The notes under the pieces are model-generated. The model had not been told where the DNA came from and searched no databases. It was given only the letters and a program-made list of their open reading frames with translations. A stretch of DNA of 60,541 nucleotides, counting the filler, from Thelocarpon superellum (lineage: Eukaryota), in NCBI GenBank assembly GCA_026025795.1. It is 2 parts of 2 records of this genome, joined end to end, with 100 filler letters (N's around TTAATTAATTAA, not from the genome) between each part and the next. Parts side by side here need not be neighbours in the genome. Positions count along the whole stretch, not along the records: positions 30,389 to 60,541 come from JAPEUG010000206.1; 1 more part is not named here. One strand, written 5' to 3'. Position numbers and translations under genes: made by a program. Shown here piece by piece: positions 53,932 through 60,541 of the stretch (positions are counted from its first letter, which is position 1; the number at the start of each line of letters is the position of its first letter).

Positions 53932-54117
53932 TGTGAGGCCGGGAGCTCCACGCCTCGCCGCGAGGATAGCAGAGGTCGAGTAATGGTCACATGATATAGC
54001 ACGTGATCTGGCACGCTGTATATAAACCGAGTCCCGCTGTGAGCTAGCAGAGCCCCAGCGTTCAACTCGAGTAACACGAGGAGGCTAGTCATAGGTCTAT
54101 GAGCCCTAGGAGCCACA
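53932..54117. mobile_element. Possible solo-LTR remnant
   Basis: TGTG...CACA ends, internal TATATAAA, and GCACGTGATCTGG, which is the reverse complement of the core of the 18.4-kb mini element. No TSD found. Confidence 0.25.
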
Positions 54118-55010
54118 GAGTCAACTCCTATTGACGACGTCTACTGTTTCCGCCTAGCTGTAGGCCTCGTCGTCACATCCATCCCTTGACTGGGCATATG
54201 TAAAAGACAGTTGATGGCTGGCGCACTCCCACTGCTAATCCAGCAGTACAAGATAGTCAAGCAAAGGATGAGGTCTGAATTCACGCATTACACCCCTCAT
54301 TTTACATACAACGATCATATGATGACTTGACAAAGAGGAGAGTCATGCAACGCTGTTGTAGCAGCTCCTTGTGTAGCATCCTCGAGTGCAGATGTGAAAG
54401 ACCGGTTTCCGACAGGCTTGTGGGAACCAGCGAGGAGTGGACCGGTTGATGTTGTTGTTGGTGGTAAGAATGAGGGTACTGCGCGCAAGCTCACGGACGC
54501 GAAGATGCTAAGCTCTGACATTGATTGGCTTCCAACGTGCTGTCTTTTCGACATCTCGTACCCTTTCATTTGGTGAGATCTCGGCATATAGGCAGGACGA
54601 TAGAAGCCAGCAAGTTGCCGGCAGTGTCGACGCGGCTGGAGTCGCGATGGGCCATAGTGTACGCGTGATCCCGGATGGACGTGGCAGGCGACGGCGCGCG
54701 GCGACGGTGAACAGGTGAACCCTCTGTCGGTGCTCACTACTCGAAGCGGCACGAGGACGTGGTTCGCTTGTTGGTGGGCACGCGCTAGAAACGATACGAG
54801 GCGAAGAGGAAGCACCAGGCCGTGGCGCTGTGCGAAGCTCGCCCCGTCATGTACCCCGCATCCCGAAATCCTCCGTTCCTTGGTCCGGCCCTACCCTACG
54901 CCGGGAGTTACGAGTACTCGTACTAAGGTGACATCCTTACCCAAGCTCCCACCCCCTCCCTCGTGTGACAGCCTGCCTTCACCTGAAGTCTCATCAGTGC
55001 CCGCTCACCA

Positions 55011-55062
55011 TTCGTTGCCGCAGTTCGTTGCCGCAGTTCGTTGCCGCAGTTCGTTGCCGCGG
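55011..55062. repeat. 13-bp minisatellite (TTCGTTGCCGCAG) x4
   Basis: Directly visible upstream of the 55.2-kb ORF. Confidence 0.9.
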
Positions 55063-55229
55063 TTCAGGAGCCTCTCCTTGATGCACTGCTCTTCCAGAAT
55101 CGAAGAAACCCATTTCTTTCCCTCTTCTTCCAGCTCTTCTTTGACATGCTACCTCACTAGGCGGACAAGTCCAAGACGTCTGCAGACGGCTTCCGCTACG
55201 ACCGTTCAACCCTCGACGCAATCACGGCC

Positions 55230-58100
55230 ATGTTTATCCAGCTCGAGCCGGGTTCACGAACCTTGAGCCTGCGAGCTCTCGGACGTGGCCGAACGAGCAG
55301 CGTCCTCGTCCGATCCGCGCTCATGCCGTCTTCTCGCCGCGGTCCCCCTCCCTCGCATGTTGTCACCCATATACGGAGCTTGTGGTGGTCTCGTTACCGC
55401 GTTTGGACGTCGCAGCTCGATCCACAACATGACAAGTATCTCGCTCGGCGTCACAAGGTACTCAAGCACAAGTACGCCGAAGCCCTTCATCGAAACGCGC
55501 TATGGGATCGGCAGCCATCCCGTCCACACTGGTCGTGGCGAGTGTCGAGCGCTTGGGGTGGCCATCGACCGGAGGGTAGATGGGTAAGCGCCGATCGTCT
55601 GTCTCGGGCGTGGGACGAGAATGACCTGACGGACCACGAGCGGCCGGCCGTGGAGGAGAATTGCGGCGGTCAGGCACGGGCGGCGCCCGACCGGAGAAAG
55701 CATTCGGAGCCGGAAAAGACACACCTGAGTCGGTCCGAGAGAATGGAGGAGATGGCACGGCGGATCGAGGAAGATCCATTCAGTGCCCTCTTCGGGTCTC
55801 GAGCGGAACGAGGACGGCCCTCCGGACCATGGTCGACTCAGAGCATCTTCAATACCTGGGGCTGGGGCACTGGCGCCGGACTGAACTCACGAGTCGAGAT
55901 GAGGAGCTTCAGTGGACGGAACCGAGAAGGCGAGGCGTCAGAGGAGCCGGACCAGTCCCACACTCCGAAAGCGACTGGCCGGACTGGCCGAGACGTCGAG
56001 CCCGATGCTTCAGAACGGTCTACTCAAGCGCAAGCCTCAGAATCAACGACGTCTCACGATGCGGAGATTGATCCTATCACAATGCGCCGAGTCCCACGAC
56101 GGACCATGGCCGAGCACACCATCGACATCCCGGTCAAGATCTTTACGGAGCGTCGCTCAGCGAGCGATCGATCTGGCGAGTTCAATGAGGCAGAGGCCGA
56201 GCAGAGCTGGCTTTCCCAAGAGAAGTTTGATTCTGGGACATCGAAGCCCAAACTAGTGGAGCGTGGCCCCCAAGCACATGGGCCGGGCACAAAATCCTCG
56301 GACCCCACTTCACCAGGGCAGGCCGAGGCGGCTCCAGCCCAGCTCAAATACGACGTGACCGAATCCACTGTCGAGGATCTTGATCTCCTGCGTCCTAGCG
56401 ACGTGCGAGCGAACGCTGGACAACTCAGCACCGCGCGACAAGAAACGGCGGTGGAACGACAGGAAAGACGGAAGATTCTCGAGGCGGATTTCGACCGGTC
56501 CTCGGATCCGAAAGTTTCTCACGCCGACGAGGAGGCCGCGCATCGGAACATCCAACGTCTGAAGTCGAACAAGCAAGACGACTCCAGCGATGAGGCCTCG
56601 TCGCGGGGTCTGGAGACGGCATCTGCGCGCGAAAAGGCCGACGTAACGCCGGTCCCATCTTCAACGACGGATGAATTTGGATACGACGTGGTGCCGAAAG
56701 GGCTGGAAACCTCGTACCGTTCGGAGATGGAAATGAAAGTGCAGGGATTGGAGCATTCGTACATCGACGAGCTCCAGGCGCGCGAGACGGCGCGATTCGA
56801 GGCCGAGGTGGATGGGTATGCAAAGACGCCACAGGGTCTTCAAGTGTCTTACGAGTCCGAGATGGCGGCTACCGAGGCGGCTGCCAAGGCCTCGGAGGTG
56901 GATGGATATAGTTCCGTCCCCCAAGGCCTACAGACCTCCTATGTCGAAGAACGCAACGCCCAGAATTCGCCGTCGCCCGGCCTGTCAATGGGAGGGGAAG
57001 GAGATCTGTCGAAGAATGCGGTCAACTTTGTCAATCAGAGTCCCCTATTTACTCAGATCCGCCGACAGGTGGAGAAAAACGAGCGCAAGACGAAGGAGAG
57101 GGAACTGGTCAAGGAGATTCAGGCGATCTACGAGAAGAACTATGGGGCGTTGAGCACGAAGCACCGACAACCCCTGCCTGCGACCAGCATCCCGCAGCAT
57201 CGGTCGATCACTGCCGTCGAGGAAGGCCTTGCGGGATATGATGGGAGGCTGGGAGCGGAGGGCTACCAGTTCGATGCCGGTCAAGATCCACTCGAGGAGG
57301 AGCTCAAAGCTCAGGCGCAGACATTCACGCAGTCCGAGCCCCTTTCCACCGTCAAGAGTACGTCGGTGGACCAGAAAGCGACCACCACTACTTCCGAGGA
57401 AGCGACAACGTACAAAGTTCTCGCTTTTGATCCGGCGACGAGGGAGATGACCATGGCCATCACCAGCTCCAGCATTGCGCCAGAATCAACGGAATCGTCG
57501 GACAAGGTCATCAACACCCCCGAGGTTCTACTACGCTTGAACAACCCGGCGCCGTTCCTGCCGCACTTTGTCACACTACAAGCTGAAGGTTATGAAATTG
57601 CCTCTGGCGGTGGAGACGTGTTGGTCTTCAAGAAAGTGCGTGACGCAACCCCGGCGCCCCCCGCGGCCGACATCCCGCGCACGACTTCGACCGTTCCGGC
57701 CTGCGAGCGCAAGCGGCCCCCATATCACATTGTGAACCCCATCGACGGCACGACCATTGGCAACTTTGCCTCACCCACAGGCTTCGTCAACCATAATGCG
57801 GTCCTTCCGGAGTCGCTCATGGAAGACGCGGACCCGCCACCCTCCATGTCTTCGTCCTCACCCTCTCACACCGGCCGTGGGGGACGGGGAAAGGTTATGA
57901 GGAGAGAGGAGGCAGTATTCTCCGGACGGAAGGGGATGCCGTATCAGACACAGGGCGAACAAGAAGGCGAGTCTGAGCCGGGACCGAAACGTCCGTTCCG
58001 TCGAACGGTGCGTCGTCTTTTCTGGGTCGGGGCCTGGGTGGCTGGGTGCAGTTATGCCGTTGGGGTGGCGACGGAGTTTCTGAGATCCGGCGCCACATAG
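55230..58100 (+). CDS. Conserved Pezizomycotina hypothetical ('serine-threonine rich') protein with a C-terminal TM, up to 956 aa
   Basis: Long intronless ORF. Blocks IDPITMR, VEDLDLLRPSDVRA, LVKEIQAIYE..YG, YKVLAFDP, L..EGYEIASGGGDVLVFKKVR, VNPIDG..GNFASPTGFVN, RREEAVFSG, TM LFWVGAWVAGCSYAVGV. The true start may be ATG 55323. Confidence 0.85.
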   Translation: MFIQLEPGSRTLSLRALGRGRTSSVLVRSALMPSSRRGPPPSHVVTHIRSLWWSRYRVWTSQLDPQHDKYLARRHKVLKHKYAEALHRNALWDRQPSRPHWSWRVSSAWGGHRPEGRWVSADRLSRAWDENDLTDHERPAVEENCGGQARAAPDRRKHSEPEKTHLSRSERMEEMARRIEEDPFSALFGSRAERGRPSGPWSTQSIFNTWGWGTGAGLNSRVEMRSFSGRNREGEASEEPDQSHTPKATGRTGRDVEPDASERSTQAQASESTTSHDAEIDPITMRRVPRRTMAEHTIDIPVKIFTERRSASDRSGEFNEAEAEQSWLSQEKFDSGTSKPKLVERGPQAHGPGTKSSDPTSPGQAEAAPAQLKYDVTESTVEDLDLLRPSDVRANAGQLSTARQETAVERQERRKILEADFDRSSDPKVSHADEEAAHRNIQRLKSNKQDDSSDEASSRGLETASAREKADVTPVPSSTTDEFGYDVVPKGLETSYRSEMEMKVQGLEHSYIDELQARETARFEAEVDGYAKTPQGLQVSYESEMAATEAAAKASEVDGYSSVPQGLQTSYVEERNAQNSPSPGLSMGGEGDLSKNAVNFVNQSPLFTQIRRQVEKNERKTKERELVKEIQAIYEKNYGALSTKHRQPLPATSIPQHRSITAVEEGLAGYDGRLGAEGYQFDAGQDPLEEELKAQAQTFTQSEPLSTVKSTSVDQKATTTTSEEATTYKVLAFDPATREMTMAITSSSIAPESTESSDKVINTPEVLLRLNNPAPFLPHFVTLQAEGYEIASGGGDVLVFKKVRDATPAPPAADIPRTTSTVPACERKRPPYHIVNPIDGTTIGNFASPTGFVNHNAVLPESLMEDADPPPSMSSSSPSHTGRGGRGKVMRREEAVFSGRKGMPYQTQGEQEGESEPGPKRPFRRTVRRLFWVGAWVAGCSYAVGVATEFLRSGAT

Positions 58101-58148
58101 GGGGGGCTAACTGGCAGAAGATCCCAAAGGGGAGAGGCATGGAGGATC

Positions 58149-58209
<61 letters not shown>

Positions 58210-58385
58210 GAGCAGGATCAGCGAGCGAAATGACGAAGAGGACGAGCGAGAGGAGGGGGAGAACAGAAGAAGAAGAAGACGAAATGAACCAAGGAACCCC
58301 CCTACAATCCTCACTTGAAAGTACAAGACTCGACAAGGCAAAACGAGATGGACGAGGATACGGATACGGATACGGATACAGATAC
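58149..58385. repeat. (TG)n-(AG)n compound microsatellite 58149-58205 and (GGATAC)n ~58356-58385
   Basis: Directly visible in the convergent intergenic region. Confidence 0.92.
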
Positions 58386-58765
58386 GTTCTCAAGCCTCAC
58401 GCTACTCCGAACGTAAGACATATCGGTCCTCTGTTGTACTTGGCAGTCGCCGATCGGCACAGAGATGACAGAACTCTTCACCTCATCTACCCTGGTCTAC
58501 TCCATTCTTCTCTGCTTCAGAAAGACTCCTCCCATGGTGGAACGATGATGAGGAGATTAAACCAATACGTGCAACTCATTTAACACACCTGCTTGCTTTC
58601 TACACCAAACAGGCTACGAACGGTCATCCGGTCCTGAAGGCCCCTCCCGAATCTCACCATCCCACAAACTCAAGCACGCATAAACCCCGCTCCAAAAACC
58701 CATCCGATCCCAATGTACGGACCGCAAGCGGCGCAAGCAAGCGACAGAGGACACGACGCTCAGGC

Positions 58766-60057
58766 TCAGAGAGAGGCGAACGCGAGCTCGAATGCCAATC
58801 CGAGCGTCAGGCGCGCATGCTGCAACATGTGGTCGAACGAGAGATACTTGATCACGTCGTCCGAGGTGTGGATGTGCGTGTCGGAGTATTGGAAGTCGGA
58901 CTCGATGACAAACGCTGACGGATATCCCGCTTTGGATGCCGATGCGTGGTCGGAACATGCGTAGCCGCATTTGGTGAGCACGTAGGGGATTGTGCAATAC
59001 TGATTTTGTTTCGTTAGAGGGGAGCTTGCGGGGATGGTGGGAAGGGGGGAGGGGCGAGGAGAGCTTACGGTTGTGACGACCTTCTTGATGAATTCCGTGA
59101 GGCCTGCGTCGACAAAGTCCGTAATCACGCCCACACTCTCTGGTTTTCCTGCTGCCACGGTCTTCTTGACGTAGCCCGTCATGTCCTGCTGGAGCATGGC
59201 CTTGACGTCTTTTCCAATCTTTTCGTATTCCGAGAAGATGGCTTGGCTTCCTAGGAGACCGCCTTCCTCGGCCGAGTACCAGTGGAATTCAATGGTGTTT
59301 TCCCCTGTGCCCGTCGTGATATTGGGTGATTGTAGGAGTGTCCGGAAGGCCTCGAGGATCGTCACGGTCCCGCTGCCGTCATCGTCCGCGCCCGGCGCCG
59401 AGAGGATGGAGGGCAAGAAGAGATTGATGCTGTCTTGGTGGGCGCCAATGACGATGGTGTGGTTGGTGCGCCCGGGGATCGTCGCGATCAGACTTGGCTG
59501 GCCCCATGGATGAGGAAAATGCTCGACGCGCACGCCGTATTTGTCCGCTCCCGCCTCGACGATGGTTGTGTTGATCCGTCCATAGAGCCACGCGGCCGAC
59601 TCTGCCCCGTAAGTGGACTTGTAGTAGCGCGTGTGGAAGGACGTGAAATGTTCCAGATTCTCGCGCATGTTGGACGTGGAGAGGTTCTTCAGGAGCGGTG
59701 CTAGTTCTTCTTGATGTTTTGGTTCGCTGGGAAAGGCGATGGTTTGAGTGCGAAGGGCGCGGTTCATGCCAAGGTACGGCGTGTCGGTAATGTCCATGAA
59801 GTTCAGTCCTTGCTGTTCATCGTTAGCAGCTGTTCGTGGAGGTTGAAGATCCCGCATACCCGTCGTAATGCCCACTTCTCATCCTCCGTGACCCATCGAG
59901 TCTCGCCCGGTGACAGCTCGATCAGGTACCGCTCCCCCTTTGCGTCGGCGCTCGCCGTCTCGGCTTCCAACACCTGTTGATCGCTCGGATAGACGAACGC
60001 GCCTGCCGACGCGATCATGGCTGACGCCAAGACCAGACATGATGTGAACAGCTTCAT
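58766..60057 (-). CDS. LAP1: Secreted leucine aminopeptidase 1 (M28E), ~391 aa
   Basis: Exons 60057-59860, 59812-59069, 58999-58766, 1176 nt in total. Signal peptide, [80 protein letters not shown]. Confidence 0.96.
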
Positions 60058-60541
60058 GATGTAGACGACCTTCAGAAGGATGAGAGTTAAGAGGGAAGAG
60101 CGTGATGATGGAGTTGGGACTCTTGGGTTGCAGCGGGGAGCGTCATCGATACCAACCACCTCGGCTCGTGATCTGAAACGTTACATAAGCGGCAGAATCC
60201 TGACTCACGGGCGGTGAAGCCATTGGTTCCAGACTGTATAGACTCATGACACTATCATCTGGACGAAGCCGCGTTGGTTCGTTTTCATCACCGAAGTGTG
60301 TTTTATTGAGGCTGATCCGATGTCACTGCGCGAGGCAAATCAATGCCTCCGAGACCATTTCCGGCCCCGTTGAGCATTGGTGTCGACCTTTGTCACATTC
60401 CACGGATCTACTCTATCATCACCAAAGACAACGGCAGATGGCGGGCTCCATTTACGCGGCGGATCTTTGGGCCTCGTGAGAGATGGCAGGTCCAACAGAG
60501 AGTGGACCGATGGCTCGAGGCAAGGACTTCAGACCGAGAAA

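Noticed and set aside
53551..53994. 147-aa ORF MVMMMM...SRSRSR...KKKK
   Set aside because: It is a chance translation of three adjacent microsatellites with no coding signature.

Overview
GC-rich, intron-containing genomic DNA from a filamentous ascomycete (Pezizomycotina-type genes; short GT-AG introns with CTRAC-like branch sites). It is two assembly segments joined by an artificial 100-nt spacer (N44-TTAATTAATTAA-N44, 30289-30388), so adjacency across that point is unproven. I reconstructed 18 protein-coding genes by hand-splicing; every exon sum is in frame. Core genes: RAV1, a YSL/OPT transporter, RMT3, PRP3, RPA190, a TM-SH3 protein, CUZ1, an SMP-30 lactonase, thymidylate synthase, a 6-exon FKBP absent from the ORF track, MSB2, AFG1, a conserved tail-anchored protein and LAP1. 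A small secreted glycoprotein lies near 32 kb. The most interesting part is an accessory-looking block (about 10.4-18.5 kb) between RMT3 and PRP3. It holds a secreted M35-zincin-like protein lacking HExxH, a HeLo-like/NACHT/ankyrin NLR with highly similar 102-bp repeats, and a papain protease fused to a six-bladed lectin-like beta-propeller. The block is bordered by a ~90-bp mini mobile element that recurs at 31.2 kb. I could not support any tRNA, rRNA or CRISPR feature. All family calls come from recognised motifs, not database searches.
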